From the NCBI GenBank assembly GCA_964057225.1, contig OZ059897.1, positions 17,918,001-17,982,000 on the forward strand: a DNA stretch of 64,000 nt, in the 5' to 3' direction. The translations under genes were made by a program, and so were the position numbers. Under the pieces are notes generated by a model that worked only from the letters and a program-made list of their open reading frames with translations, was not told where the DNA came from and made no database searches. Origin of the DNA: Auanema rhodensis (taxonomy: Eukaryota > Animalia > Nematoda). Shown piece by piece: positions 40,354 to 56,500 of the stretch; position 1 is the stretch's first letter; each line of letters starts with the position of its first letter.

Positions 40354-43300
40354 TTTCGAAAAATTTCAAAATAATTTAGCAAAAAGTAGATGTTTTTAGA
40401 TTCCATTTTTCAAGGCAAAGACGATGGACAATGTTATTCAACGAAAAAATTAATTCTTCAGGGTGAAAATCGAGGATATAAGTGTGAACTTATATCAGTT
40501 GATATCTCGGTGCATTTTTAAGCTAGCGCAAATCTGATAACACAGATCGACGCAGCTTAAAAATCCGCATCGAATGCACTATACTACATTGAGAAACGCT
40601 TAATACAAAAATTAGTTATAATCGTTTGAAAAATGATGCATTAGTGTATGTTGAGTTTCCATGTACACTCAACATTGCTTCCAAAAACATTTTGACAAAA
40701 ATTTTTTCGAAAAATTTCAAAATAATTTAGCAAAACGTAGATGCTTTTAGATTCCATTTTTCAAGGCAAAGACGATGGACAATGTTATTCAACGAAAAAA
40801 TTAATTCTTCAGGGTGAAAATTGAGGATATAAGTGTGAACTTATATCAGTTGATATCTCGGTGCATTTTTAAGCTAGCGCAAATCTGATAACACAGATCG
40901 ACGCAGCTTAAAAATCCGCATCGAATGCACTATACTACATTGAGAAACGCTTAATACAAAAATTAGTTATAATCGTTTGAAAAATGATGCATTAGTGTAT
41001 GTTGAGTTTCCATGTACACTCAACATTGCTTCCAAAAACGTTTTGACAAAAATTTTTTCGAAAAATTTCAAAATAGTTTAGCAAAAAGTAGATGTTTTTA
41101 GATTCCATTTTTCAAGGCAAAGACGATGGACAATGTTATTCAACGAAAAAATTAATTCTTCAGGGTGAAAATTGAGGATATAAGTGTGAACTTATATCAG
41201 TTGATATCTCGGTGCATTTTTAAGCTAGCGCAAATCTGATAACACAGATCGACGCAGCTTAAAAATCCGCATCGAATGCACTATACTACATTGAGAAACG
41301 CTTAATACAAAAATTAGTTATAATCGTTTGAAAAATGATGCATTAGTGTATGTTGAGTTTCCATGTACACTCAACATTGCTTCCAAAAACATTTTGACAA
41401 AAATTTTTTCGAAAAATTTCAAAATAATTTAGCAAAAAGTAGATGCTTTTAGATTCCATTTTTCAAGGCAAAGACGATGGACAATGTTATTCAACGAAAA
41501 AATTAATTCTTCAGGGTGAAAATTGAGGATATAAGTGTGAACTTATATCAGTTGATATCTCGGTGCATTTTTAAGCTAGCGCAAATCTGATAACACAGAT
41601 CGACGCAGCTTAAAAATCCGCATCGAATGCACTATACTACATTGAGAAACGCTTAATACAAAAATTAGTTATAATCGTTTGAAAAATGATGCATTAGTGT
41701 ATGTTGAGTTTCCATGTACACTCAACATTGCTTCCAAAAACGTTTTGACAAAAATTTTTTCGAAAAATTTCAAAATAGTTTAGCAAAAAGTAGATGTTTT
41801 TAGATTCCATTTTTCAAGGCAAAGACGATGGACAATGTTATTCAACGAAAAAATTAATTCTTCAGGGTGAAAATTGAGGATATAAGTGTGAACTTATATC
41901 AGATGATATCTCGGTGCATTTTTAAGCTAGCGCAAATCTGATAACACAGATCGACGCAGCTTAAAAATCCGCATCGAATGCACTATACTACATTGAGAAA
42001 CGCTTAATACAAAAATTAGTTATAATCGTTTGAAAAATGATGCATTAGTGTATGTTGAGTTTCCATGTACACTCAACATTGCTTCCAAAAACATTTTGAC
42101 AAAAATTTTTTCGAAAAATTTCAAAATAGTTTAGCAAAAAGTAGATGTTTTTAGATTCCATTTTTCAAGGCAAAGACGATGGACAATGTTATTCAACGAA
42201 AAAATTAATTCTTCAGGGTGAAAATTGAGGATATAAGTGCGAACTTATATCAGTTGATATCTCGGTGCATTTTTAAGCTAGCGCAAATCTGATAACACAG
42301 ATCGACGCAGCTTAAAAATCCGCATCGAATGCACTATACTACATTGAGAAACACTTGATACAAAAATTAGTTATGATCGTTTGAAAAATGATGCATTAGT
42401 GTATGTTGAGTTTCCAAGTACACTCAACATTGCTTCCAAAAACATTTTGACAAAAATTTTTTCGAAAAATTTCAAAATAATTTAGCAAAAAGTAGATGTT
42501 TTTAGATTCCATTTTTCAAGGCAAAGACGATGGACAATGTTATTCAACGAAAAAATTAATTCTTCAGGGTGAAAATCGAGGATATAAGTGTGAACTTATA
42601 TCAGTTGATATCTCGGTGCATTTTTAAGCTAGCGCAAATCTGATAACACAGATCGACGCAGCTTAAAAATCCGCATCGAATGCACTATACTACATTGAGA
42701 AACGCTTAATACAAAAATTAGTTATAATCGTTTGAAAAATGATGCATTAGTGTATGTTGAGTTTCCATGTACACTCAACATTGCTTCCAAAAACATTTTG
42801 ACAAAAATTTTTTCGAAAAATTTCAAAATAATTTAGCAAAAAGTAGATGCTTTTAGATTCCATTTTTCAAGGCAAAGACGATGGACAATGTTATTCAACG
42901 AAAAAATTAATTCTTCAGGGTGAAAATTGAGGATATAAGTGTGAACTTATATCAGTTGATATCTCGGTGCATTTTTAAGCTAGCGCAAATCTGATAACAC
43001 AGATCGACGCAGCTTAAAAATCCGCATCGAATGCACTATACTACATTGAGAAACGCTTAATACAAAAATTAGTTATAATCGTTTGAAAAATGATGCATTA
43101 GTGTATGTTGAGTTTCCATGTACACTCAACATTGCTTCCAAAAACGTTTTGACAAAAATTTTTTCGAAAAATTTCAAAATAGTTTAGCAAAAAGTAGATG
43201 TTTTTAGATTCCATTTTTTAAGGCAAAGACGATGGACAATGTTATTCAACGAAAAAATTAATTCTTCAGGGTGAAAATTGAGGATATAAGTGTGAACTTA

Positions 43301-46300
43301 TATCAGTTGATATCTCGGTGCATTTTTAAGCTAGCGCAAATCTGATAACACAGATCGACGCAGCTTAAAAATCCGCATCGAATGCACTATACTACATCGA
43401 GAAACGCTTAATACAAAAATTAGTTATAATCGTTTGAAAAATGATGCATTAGTGTATGTTGAGTTTCCATGTACACTCAACATTGCTTCCAAAAACATTT
43501 TGACAAAAATTTTTTCGAAAAATTTCAAAATAATTTAGCAAAAAGTAGATGTTTTTAGATTCCATTTTTCAAGGCAAAGACGATGGACAATGTTATTCAA
43601 CGAAAAAATTAATTCTTCAGGGTGAAAATCGAGGATATAAGTGTGAACTTATATCAGTTGATATCTCGGTGCATTTTTAAGCTAGCGCAAATCTGATAAC
43701 ACAGATCGACGCAGCTTAAAAATCCGCATCGAATGCACTATACTACATTGAGAAACGCTTAATACAAAAATTAGTTATAATCGTTTGAAAAATGATGCAT
43801 TAGTGTATGTTGAGTTTCCATGTACACTCAACATTGCTTCCAAAAACATTTTGACAAAAATTTTTTCGAAAAATTTCAAAATAATTTAGCAAAAAGTAGA
43901 TGCTTTTAGATTCCATTTTTCAAGGCAAAGACGATGGACAATGTTATTCAACGAAAAAATTAATTCTTCAGGGTGAAAATTGAGGATATAAGTGTGAACT
44001 TATATCAGTTGATATCTCGGTGCATTTTTAAGCTAGCGCAAATCTGATAACACAGATCGACGCAGCTTAAAAATCCGCATCGAATGCACTATACTACATT
44101 GAGAAACGCTTAATACAAAAATTAGTTATAATCGTTTGAAAAATGATGCATTAGTGTATGTTGAGTTTCCATGTACACTCAACATTGCTTCCAAAAACGT
44201 TTTGACAAAAATTTTTTCGAAAAATTTCAAAATAGTTTAGCAAAAAGTAGATGTTTTTAGATTCCATTTTTCAAGGCAAAGACGATGGACAATGTTATTC
44301 AACGAAAAAATTAATTCTTCAGGGTGAAAATTGAGGATATAAGTGTGAACTTATATCAGTTGATATCTCGGTGCATTTTTAAGCTAGCGCAAATCTGATA
44401 ACACAGATCGACGCAGCTTAAAAATCCGCATCGAATGCACTATACTACATTGAGAAACGCTTAATACAAAAATTAGTTATAATCGTTTGAAAAATGATGC
44501 ATTAGTGTATGTTGAGTTTCCATGTACACTCAACATTGCTTCCAAAAACATTTTGACAAAAATTTTTTCGAAAAATTTCAAAATAATTTAGCAAAAAGTA
44601 GATGCTTTTAGATTCCATTTTTCAAGGCAAAGACGATGGACAATGTTATTCAACGAAAAAATTAATTCTTCAGGGTGAAAATTGAGGATATAAGTGTGAA
44701 CTTATATCAGTTGATATCTCGGTGCATTTTTAAGCTAGCGCAAATCTGATAACACAGATCGACGCAGCTTAAAAATCCGCATCGAATGCACTATACTACA
44801 TTGAGAAACGCTTAATACAAAAATTAGTTATAATCGTTTGAAAAATGATGCATTAGTGTATGTTGAGTTTCCATGTACACTCAACATTGCTTCCAAAAAC
44901 GTTTTGACAAAAATTTTTTCGAAAAATTTCAAAATAGTTTAGCAAAAAGTAGATGTTTTTAGATTCCATTTTTCAAGGCAAAGACGATGGACAATGTTAT
45001 TCAACGAAAAAATTAATTCTTCAGGGTGAAAATTGAGGATATAAGTGTGAACTTATATCAGTTGATATCTCGGTGCATTTTTAAGCTAGCGCAAATCTGA
45101 TAACACAGATCGACGCAGCTTAAAAATCCGCATCGAATGCACTATACTACATCGAGAAACGCTTAATACAAAAATTAGTTATAATCGTTTGAAAAATGAT
45201 GCATTAGTGTATGTTGAGTTTCCATGTACACTCAACATTGCTTCCAAAAACATTTTGACAAAAATTTTTTCGAAAAATTTCAAAATAATTTAGCAAAAAG
45301 TAGATGTTTTTAGATTCCATTTTTCAAGGCAAAGACGATGGACAATGTTATTCAACGAAAAAATTAATTCTTCAGGGTGAAAATCGAGGATATAAGTGTG
45401 AACTTATATCAGTTGATATCTCGGTGCATTTTTAAGCTAGCGCAAATCTGATAACACAGATCGACGCAGCTTAAAAATCCGCATCGAATGCACTATACTA
45501 CATTAAGAAACGCTTGATACAAAAATTAGTTATGATCGTTTGAAAAATGATGCATTAGTGTATGTTGAGTTTCCATGTACACTCAACATTGCTTCCAAAA
45601 ACATTTTGACAAAAATTTTTTCGAAAAATTTCAAAATAATTTAGCAAAAAGTAGATGCTTTTAGATTCCATTTTTCAAGGCAAAGACGATGGACAATGTT
45701 ATTCAACGAAAAAATTAATTCTTCAGGGTGAAAATCGAGGATATAAGTGTGAACTTATATCAGTTGATATCTCGGTGCATTTTTAAGCTAGCGCAAATCT
45801 GATAACACAGATCGACGCAGCTTAAAAATCCGCATCGAATGCACTATACTACATCGAGAAACGCTTAATACAAAAATTAGTTATAATCGTTTGAAAAATG
45901 ATGCATTAGTGTATGTTGAGTTTCCATGTACACTCAACATTGCTTCCAAAAACATTTTGACAAAAATTTTTTCGAAAAATTTCAAAATAATTTAGCAAAA
46001 AGTAGATGTTTTTAGATTCCATTTTTCAAGGCAAAGACGATGGACAATGTTATTCAACGAAAAAATTAATTCTTCAGGGTGAAAATCGAGGATATAAGTG
46101 TGAACTTATATCAGTTGATATCTCGGTGCATTTTTAAGCTAGCGCAAATCTGATAACACAGATCGACGCAGCTTAAAAATCCGCATCGAATGCACTATAC
46201 TACATCGAGAAACGCTTAATACAAAAATTAGTTATAATCGTTTGAAAAATGATGCATTAGTGTATGTTGAGTTTCCATGTACACTCAACATTGCTTCCAA

Positions 46301-49300
46301 AAACATTTTGACAAAAATTTTTTCGAAAAATTTCAAAATAATTTAGCAAAAAGTAGATGTTTTTAGATTCCATTTTTCAAGGCAAAGACGATGGACAATG
46401 TTATTCAACGAAAAAATTAATTCTTCAGGGTGAAAATCGAGGATATAAGTGTGAACTTATATCAGTTGATATCTCGGTGCATTTTTAAGCTAGCGCAAAT
46501 CTGATAACACAGATCGACGCAGCTTAAAAATCCGCATCGAATGCACTATACTACATTAAGAAACGCTTGATACAAAAATTAGTTATGATCGTTTGAAAAA
46601 TGATGCATTAGTGTATGTTGAGTTTCCATGTACACTCAACATTGCTTCCAAAAACATTTTGACAAAAATTTTTTCGAAAAATTTCAAAATAATTTAGCAA
46701 AAAGTAGATGTTTTTAGATTCCATTTTTTAAGGCAAAGACGATGGACAATGTTATTCAACGAAAAAATTAATTCTTCAGGGTGAAAATTGAGGATATAAG
46801 TGTGAACTTATATCAGTTGATATCTCGGTGCATTTTTAAGCTAGCGCAAATCTGATAACACAGATCGACGCAGCTTAAAAATCCGCATCGAATGCACTAT
46901 ACTACATTGAGAAACGCTTAATACAAAAATTAGTTATAATCGTTTGAAAAATGATGCATTAGTGTATGTTGAGTTTCCATGTACACTCAACATTGCTTCC
47001 AAAAACGTTTTGACAAAAATTTTTTCGAAAAATTTCAAAATAGTTTAGCAAAAAGTAGATGTTTTTAGATTCCATTTTTCAAGGCAAAGACGATGAACAA
47101 TGTTATTCAACGAAAAAATTAATTCTTCAGGGTGAAAATTGAGGATATAAGTGTGAACTTATATCAGTTGATATCTCGGTGCATTTTTAAGCTAGCGCAA
47201 ATCTGATAACACAGATCGACGCAGCTTAAAAATCCGCATCGAATGCACTATACTACATTGAGAAACGCTTAATACAAAAATTAGTTATAATCGTTTGAAA
47301 AATGATGCATTAGTGTATGTTGAGTTTCCATGTACACTCAACATTGCTTCCAAAAACATTTTGACAAAAATTTTTTCGAAAAATTTCAAAATAATTTAGC
47401 AAAAAGTAGATGCTTTTAGATTCCATTTTCAAGGCAAAGACGATGGACAATGTTATTCAACGAAAAAATTAATTCTTCAGGGTGAAAATTGAGGATATAA
47501 GTGTGAACTTATATCAGATGATATCTCGGTGCATTTTTAAGCTAGCGCAAATCTGATAACACAGATCGACGCAGCTTAAAAATCCGCATCGAATGCACTA
47601 TACTACATTGAGAAACGCTTAATACAAAAATTAGTTATAATCGTTTGAAAAATGATGCATTAGTGTATGTTGAGTTTCCATGTACACTCAACATTGCTTC
47701 CAAAAACATTTTGACAAAAATTTTTTCGAAAAATTTCAAAATAGTTTAGCAAAAAGTAGATGTTTTTAGATTCCATTTTTCAAGGCAAAGACGATGGACA
47801 ATGTTATTCAACGAAAAAATTAATTCTTCAGGGTGAAAATTGAGGATATAAGTGCGAACTTATATCAGTTGATATCTCGGTGCATTTTTAAGCTAGCGCA
47901 AATCTGATAACACAGATCGACGCAGCTTAAAAATCCGCATCGAATGCACTATACTACATTAAGAAACGCTTGATACAAAAATTAGTTATGATCGTTTGAA
48001 AAATGATGCATTAGTGTATGTTGAGTTTCCATGTACACTCAACATTGCTTCCAAAAACATTTTGACAAAAATTTTTTCGAAAAATTTCAAAATAATTTAG
48101 CAAAAAGTAGATGTTTTTAGATTCCATTTTTCAAGGCAAAGACGATGGACAATGTTATTCAACGAAAAAATTAATTCTTCAGGGTGAAAATCGAGGATAT
48201 AAGTGTGAACTTATATCAGTTGATATCTCGGTGCATTTTTAAGCTAGCGCAAATCTGATAACACAGATCGACGCAGCTTAAAAATCCGCATCGAATGCAC
48301 TATACTACATTGAGAAACGCTTAATACAAAAATTAGTTATAATCGTTTGAAAAATGATGCATTAGTGTATGTTGAGTTTCCATGTACACTCAACATTGCT
48401 TCCAAAAACATTTTGACAAAAATTTTTTCGAAAAATTTCAAAATAATTTAGCAAAAAGTAGATGTTTTTAGATTCCATTTTTTAAGGCAAAGACGATGGA
48501 CAATGTTATTCAACGAAAAAATTAATTCTTCAGGGTGAAAATTGAGGATATAAGTGTGAACTTATATCAGTTGATATCTCGGTGCATTTTTAAGCTAGCG
48601 CAAATCTGATAACACAGATCGACGCAGCTTAAAAATCCGCATCGAATGCACTATACTACATTGAGAAACGCTTAATACAAAAATTAGTTATAATCGTTTG
48701 AAAAATGATGCATTAGTGTATGTTGAGTTTCCATGTACACTCAACATTGCTTCCAAAAACGTTTTGACAAAAATTTTTTCGAAAAATTTCAAAATAGTTT
48801 AGCAAAAAGTAGATGTTTTTAGATTCCATTTTTCAAGGCAAAGACGATGGACAATGTTATTCAACGAAAAAATTAATTCTTCAGGGTGAAAATTGAGGAT
48901 ATAAGTGTGAACTTATATCAGTTGATATCTCGGTGCATTTTTAAGCTAGCGCAAATCTGATAACACAGATCGACGCAGCTTAAAAATCCGCATCGAATGC
49001 ACTATACTACATCGAGAAACGCTTAATACAAAAATTAGTTATAATCGTTTGAAAAATGATGCATTAGTGTATGTTGAGTTTCCATGTACACTCAACATTG
49101 CTTCCAAAAACATTTTGACAAAAATTTTTTCGAAAAATTTCAAAATAATTTAGCAAAAAGTAGATGTTTTTAGATTCCATTTTTCAAGGCAAAGACGATG
49201 GACAATGTTATTCAACGAAAAAATTAATTCTTCAGGGTGAAAATCGAGGATATAAGTGTGAACTTATATCAGTTGATATCTCGGTGCATTTTTAAGCTAG

Positions 49301-50531
49301 CGCAAATCTGATAACACAGATCGACGCAGCTTAAAAATCCGCATCGAATGCACTATACTACATTAAGAAACGCTTGATACAAAAATTAGTTATGATCGTT
49401 TGAAAAATGATGCATTAGTGTATGTTGAGTTTCCATGTACACTCAACATTGCTTCCAAAAACATTTTGACAAAAATTTTTTCGAAAAATTTCAAAATAAT
49501 TTAGCAAAAAGTAGATGTTTTTAGATTCCATTTTTTAAGGCAAAGACGATGGACAATGTTATTCAACGAAAAAATTAATTCTTCAGGGTGAAAATGGAGG
49601 ATATAAGTGTGAACTTATATCAGTTGATATCTCGGTGCATTTTTAAGCTAGCGCAAATCTGATAACACAGATCGACGCAGCTTAAAAATCCGCATCGAAT
49701 GCACTATACTACATTGAGAAACGCTTAATACAAAAATTAGTTATAATCGTTTGAAAAATGATGCATTAGTGTATGTTGAGTTTCCATGTACACTCAACAT
49801 TGCTTCCAAAAACGTTTTGACAAAAATTTTTTCGAAAAATTTCAAAATAGTTTAGCAAAAAGTAGATGTTTTTAGATTCCATTTTTCAAGGCAAAGACGA
49901 TGGACAATGTTATTCAACGAAAAAATTAATTCTTCAGGGTGAAAATTGAGGATATAAGTGTGAACTTATATCAGTTGATATCTCGGTGCATTTTTAAGCT
50001 AGCGCAAATCTGATAACACAGATCGACGCAGCTTAAAAATCCGCATCGAATGCACTATACTACATTGAGAAACGCTTAATACAAAAATTAGTTATAATCG
50101 TTTGAAAAATGATGCATTAGTGTATGTTGAGTTTCCATGTACACTCAACATTGCTTCCAAAAACGTTTTGACAAAAATTTTTTCGAAAAATTTCAAAATA
50201 GTTTAGCAAAAAGTAGATGTTTTTAGATTCCATTTTTCAAGGCAAAGACGATGGACAATGTTATTCAACGAAAAAATTAATTCTTCAGGGTGAAAATTGA
50301 GGATATAAGTGTGAACTTATATCAGTTGATATCTCGGTGCATTTTTAAGCTAGCGCAAATCTGATAACACAGATCGACGCAGCTTAAAAATCCGCATCGA
50401 ATGCACTATACTACATTGAGAAACGCTTAATACAAAAATTAGTTATAATCGTTTGAAAAATGATGCATTAGTGTATGTTGAGTTTCCATGTACACTCAAC
50501 ATTGCTTCCAAAAACATTTTGACAAAAATTT

Positions 50532-53500
50532 TTTCGAAAAATTTCAAAATAATTTAGCAAAAAGTAGATGCTTTCAGATTCCATTTTCAAGGCAAAGACG
50601 ATGGACAATGTTATTCAACGAAAAAATTAATTCTTCAGGGTGAAAATTGAGGATATAAGTGTGAACTTATATCAGATGATATCTCGGTGCATTTTTAAGC
50701 TAGCGCAAATCTGATAACACAGATCGACGCAGCTTAAAAATCCGCATCGAATGCACTATACTACATTGAGAAACGCTTAATACAAAAATTAGTTATAATC
50801 GTTTGAGAAATGATGCATTAGTGTATGTTGAGTTTCCATGTACACTCAACATTGCTTCCAAAAACATTTTGACAAAAATTTTTTCGAAAAATTTCAAAAT
50901 AGTTTAGCAAAAAGTAGATGTTTTTAGATTCCATTTTTCAAGGCAAAGACGATGGACAATGTTATTCAACGAAAAAATTAATTCTTCAGGGTGAAAATTG
51001 AGGATATAAGTGCGAACTTATATCAGTTGATATCTCGGTGCATTTTTAAGCTAGCGCAAATCTGATAACACAGATCGACGCAGCTTAAAAATCCGCATCG
51101 AATGCACTATACTACATTGAGAAACACTTGATACAAAAATTAGTTATGATCGTTTGAAAAATGAAGCATTAGTGTATGTTGAGTTTCCAAGTACACTCAA
51201 CATTGCTTCCAAAAACATTTTGACAAAAATTTTTTCGAAAAATTTCAAAATAATTTAGCAAAAAGTAGATGTTTTTAGATTCCATTTTTCAAGGCAAAGA
51301 CGATGGACAATGTTATTCAACGAAAAAATTAATTCTTCAGGGTGAAAATTGAGGATATAAGTGTGAACTTATATCAGTTGATATCTCGGTGCATTTTTAA
51401 GCTAGCGCAAATCTGATAACACAGATCGACGCAGCTTAAAAATCCGCATCGAATGCACTATACTACATTGAGAAACGCTTAATACAAAAATTAGTTATAA
51501 TCGTTTGAAAAATGATGCATTAGTGTATGTTGAGTTTCCATGTACACTCAACATTGCTTCCAAAAACATTTTGACAAAAATTTTTTCGAAAAATTTCAAA
51601 ATAATTTAGCAAAAAGTAGATGCTTTTAGATTCCATTTTCAAGGCAAAGACGATGGACAATGTTATTCAACGAAAAAATTAATTCTTCAGGGTGAAAATT
51701 GAGGATATAAGTGTGAACTTATATCAGTTGATATCTCGGTGCATTTTTAAGCTAGCGCAAATCTGATAACACAGATCGACGCAGCTTAAAAATCCGCATC
51801 GAATGCACTATACTACATTGAGAAACGCTTAATACAAAAATTAGTTATAATCGTTTGAAAAATGATGCATTAGTGTATGTTGAGTTTCCATGTACACTCA
51901 ACATTGCTTCCAAAAACATTTTGACAAAAATTTTTTCGAAAAATTTCAAAATAATTTAGCAAAAAGTAGATGCTTTTAGATTCCATTTTTCAAGGCAAAG
52001 ACGATGGACAATGTTATTCAACGAAAAAATTAATTCTTCAGGGTGAAAATTGAGGATATAAGTGCGAACTTATATCAGTTGATATCTCGGTGCATTTTTA
52101 AGCTAGCGCAAATCTGATAACACAGATCGACGCAGCTTAAAAATCCGCATCGAATGCACTATACTACATTGAGAAACACTTGATACAAAAATTAGTTATG
52201 ATCGTTTGAAAAATGATGCATTAGTGTATGTTGAGTTTCCAAGTACACTCAACATTGCTTCCAAAAACATTTTGACAAAAATTTTTTCGAAAAATTTCAA
52301 AATAATTTAGCAAAAAGTAGATGTTTTTAGATTCCATTTTTCAAGGCAAAGACGATGGACAATGTTATTCAACGAAAAAATTAATTCTTCAGGGTGAAAA
52401 TTGAGGATATAAGTGTGAACTTATATCAGTTGATATCTCGGTGCATTTTTAAGCTAGCGCAAATCTGATAACACAGATCGACGCAGCTTAAAAATCCGCA
52501 TCGAATGCACTATACTACATTGAGAAACGCTTAATACAAAAATTAGTTATAATCGTTTGAAAAATGATGCATTAGTGTATGTTGAGTTTCCATGTACACT
52601 CAACATTGCTTCCAAAAACATTTTGACAAAAATTTTTTCGAAAAATTTCAAAATAATTTAGCAAAAAGTAGATGCTTTTAGATTCCATTTTCAAGGCAAA
52701 GACGATGGACAATGTTATTCAACGAAAAAATTAATTCTTCAGGGTGAAAATTGAGGATATAAGTGTGAACTTATATCAGATGATATCTCGGTGCATTTTT
52801 AAGCTAGCGCAAATCTGATAACACAGATCGACGCAGCTTAAAAATCCGCATCGAATGCACTATACTACATTGAGAAACGCTTAATACAAAAATTAGTTAT
52901 AATCGTTTGAGAAATGATGCATTAGTGTATGTTGAGTTTCCATGTACACTCAACATTGCTTCCAAAAACATTTTGACAAAAATTTTTTCGAAAAATTTCA
53001 AAATAGTTTAGCAAAAAGTAGATGTTTTTAGATTCCATTTTTCAAGGCAAAGACGATGGACAATGTTATTCAACGAAAAAATTAATTCTTCAGGGTGAAA
53101 ATTGAGGATATAAGTGCGAACTTATATCAGTTGATATCTCGGTGCATTTTTAAGCTAGCGCAAATCTGATAACACAGATCGACGCAGCTTAAAAATCCGC
53201 ATCGAATGCACTATACTACATTGAGAAACACTTGATACAAAAATTAGTTATGATCGTTTGAAAAATGATGCATTAGTGTATGTTGAGTTTCCAAGTACAC
53301 TCAACATTGCTTCCAAAAACATTTTGACAAAAATTTTTTCGAAAAATTTCAAAATAATTTAGCAAAAAGTAGATGTTTTTAGATTCCATTTTTCAAGGCA
53401 AAGACGATGGACAATGTTATTCAACGAAAAAATTAATTCTTCAGGGTGAAAATCGAGGATATAAGTGTGAACTTATATCAGTTGATATCTCGGTGCATTT

Positions 53501-56500
53501 TTAAGCTAGCGCAAATCTGATAACACAGATCGACGCAGCTTAAAAATCCGCATCGAATGCACTATACTACATTGAGAAACGCTTAATACAAAAATTAGTT
53601 ATAATCGTTTGAAAAATGATGCATTAGTGTATGTTGAGTTTCCATGTACACTCAACATTGCTTCCAAAAACATTTTGACAAAAATTTTTTCGAAAAATTT
53701 CAAAATAATTTAGCAAAAAGTAGATGCTTTTAGATTCCATTTTCAAGGCAAAGACGATGGACAATGTTATTCAACGAAAAAATTAATTCTTCAGGGTGAA
53801 AATTGAGGATATAAGTGTGAACTTATATCAGATGATATCTCGGTGCATTTTTAAGCTAGCGCAAATCTGATAACACAGATCGACGCAGCTTAAAAATCCG
53901 CATCGAATGCACTATACTACATTGAGAAACGCTTAATACAAAAATTAGTTATAATCGTTTGAGAAATGATGCATTAGTGTATGTTGAGTTTCCATGTACA
54001 CTCAACATTGCTTCCAAAAACATTTTGACAAAAATTTTTTCGAAAAATTTCAAAATAGTTTAGCAAAAAGTAGATGTTTTTAGATTCCATTTTTCAAGGC
54101 AAAGACGATGGACAATGTTATTCAACGAAAAAATTAATTCTTCAGGGTGAAAATTGAGGATATAAGTGCGAACTTATATCAGTTGATATCTCGGTGCATT
54201 TTTAAGCTAGCGCAAATCTGATAACACAGATCGACGCAGCTTAAAAATCCGCATCGAATGCACTATACTACATTGAGAAACACTTGATACAAAAATTAGT
54301 TATGATCGTTTGAAAAATGATGCATTAGTGTATGTTGAGTTTCCAAGTACACTCAACATTGCTTCCAAAAACATTTTGACAAAAATTTTTTCGAAAAATT
54401 TCAAAATAATTTAGCAAAAAGTAGATGTTTTTAGATTCCATTTTTCAAGGCAAAGACGATGGACAATGTTATTCAACGAAAAAATTAATTCTTCAGGGTG
54501 AAAATCGAGGATATAAGTGTGAACTTATATCAGTTGATATCTCGGTGCATTTTTAAGCTAGCGCAAATCTGATAACACAGATCGACGCAGCTTAAAAATC
54601 CGCATCGAATGCACTATACTACATTGAGAAACGCTTAATACAAAAATTAGTTATAATCGTTTGAAAAATGATGCATTAGTGTATGTTGAGTTTCCATGTA
54701 CACTCAACATTGCTTCCAAAAACATTTTGACAAAAATTTTTTCGAAAAATTTCAAAATAATTTAGCAAAAAGTAGATGCTTTTAGATTCCATTTTCAAGG
54801 CAAAGACGATGGACAATGTTATTCAACGAAAAAATTAATTCTTCAGGGTGAAAATTGAGGATATAAGTGTGAACTTATATCAGTTGATATCTCGGTGCAT
54901 TTTTAAGCTAGCGCAAATCTGATAACACAGATCGACGCAGCTTAAAAATCCGCATCGAATGCACTATACTACATTGAGAAACGCTTAATACAAAAATTAG
55001 TTATAATCGTTTGAAAAATGATGCATTAGTGTATGTTGAGTTTCCATGTACACTCAACATTGCTTCCAAAAACATTTTGACAAAAATTTTTTCGAAAAAT
55101 TTCAAAATAATTTAGCAAAAAGTAGATGCTTTTAGATTCCATTTTTCAAGGCAAAGACGATGGACAATGTTATTCAACGAAAAAATTAATTCTTCAGGGT
55201 GAAAATTGAGGATATAAGTGCGAACTTATATCAGTTGATATCTCGGTGCATTTTTAAGCTAGCGCAAATCTGATAACACAGATCGACGCAGCTTAAAAAT
55301 CCGCATCGAATGCACTATACTACATTGAGAAACACTTGATACAAAAATTAGTTATGATCGTTTGAAAAATGATGCATTAGTGTATGTTGAGTTTCCAAGT
55401 ACACTCAACATTGCTTCCAAAAACATTTTGACAAAAATTTTTTCGAAAAATTTCAAAATAATTTAGCAAAAAGTAGATGTTTTTAGATTCCATTTTTCAA
55501 GGCAAAGACGATGGACAATGTTATTCAACGAAAAAATTAATTCTTCAGGGTGAAAATTGAGGATATAAGTGTGAACTTATATCAGTTGATATCTCGGTGC
55601 ATTTTTAAGCTAGCGCAAATCTGATAACACAGATCGACGCAGCTTAAAAATCCGCATCGAATGCACTATACTACATTGAGAAACGCTTAATACAAAAATT
55701 AGTTATAATCGTTTGAAAAATGATGCATTAGTGTATGTTGAGTTTCCATGTACACTCAACATTGCTTCCAAAAACATTTTGACAAAAATTTTTTCGAAAA
55801 ATTTCAAAATAATTTAGCAAAAAGTAGATGCTTTTAGATTCCATTTTCAAGGCAAAGACGATGGACAATGTTATTCAACGAAAAAATTAATTCTTCAGGG
55901 TGAAAATTGAGGATATAAGTGTGAACTTATATCAGATGATATCTCGGTGCATTTTTAAGCTAGCGCAAATCTGATAACACAGATCGACGCAGCTTAAAAA
56001 TCCGCATCGAATGCACTATACTACATTGAGAAACGCTTAATACAAAAATTAGTTATAATCGTTTGAGAAATGATGCATTAGTGTATGTTGAGTTTCCATG
56101 TACACTCAACATTGCTTCCAAAAACATTTTGACAAAAATTTTTTCGAAAAATTTCAAAATAGTTTAGCAAAAAGTAGATGTTTTTAGATTCCATTTTTCA
56201 AGGCAAAGACGATGGACAATGTTATTCAACGAAAAAATTAATTCTTCAGGGTGAAAATTGAGGATATAAGTGCGAACTTATATCAGTTGATATCTCGGTG
56301 CATTTTTAAGCTAGCGCAAATCTGATAACACAGATCGACGCAGCTTAAAAATCCGCATCGAATGCACTATACTACATTGAGAAACACTTGATACAAAAAT
56401 TAGTTATGATCGTTTGAAAAATGATGCATTAGTGTATGTTGAGTTTCCAAGTACACTCAACATTGCTTCCAAAAACATTTTGACAAAAATTTTTTCGAAA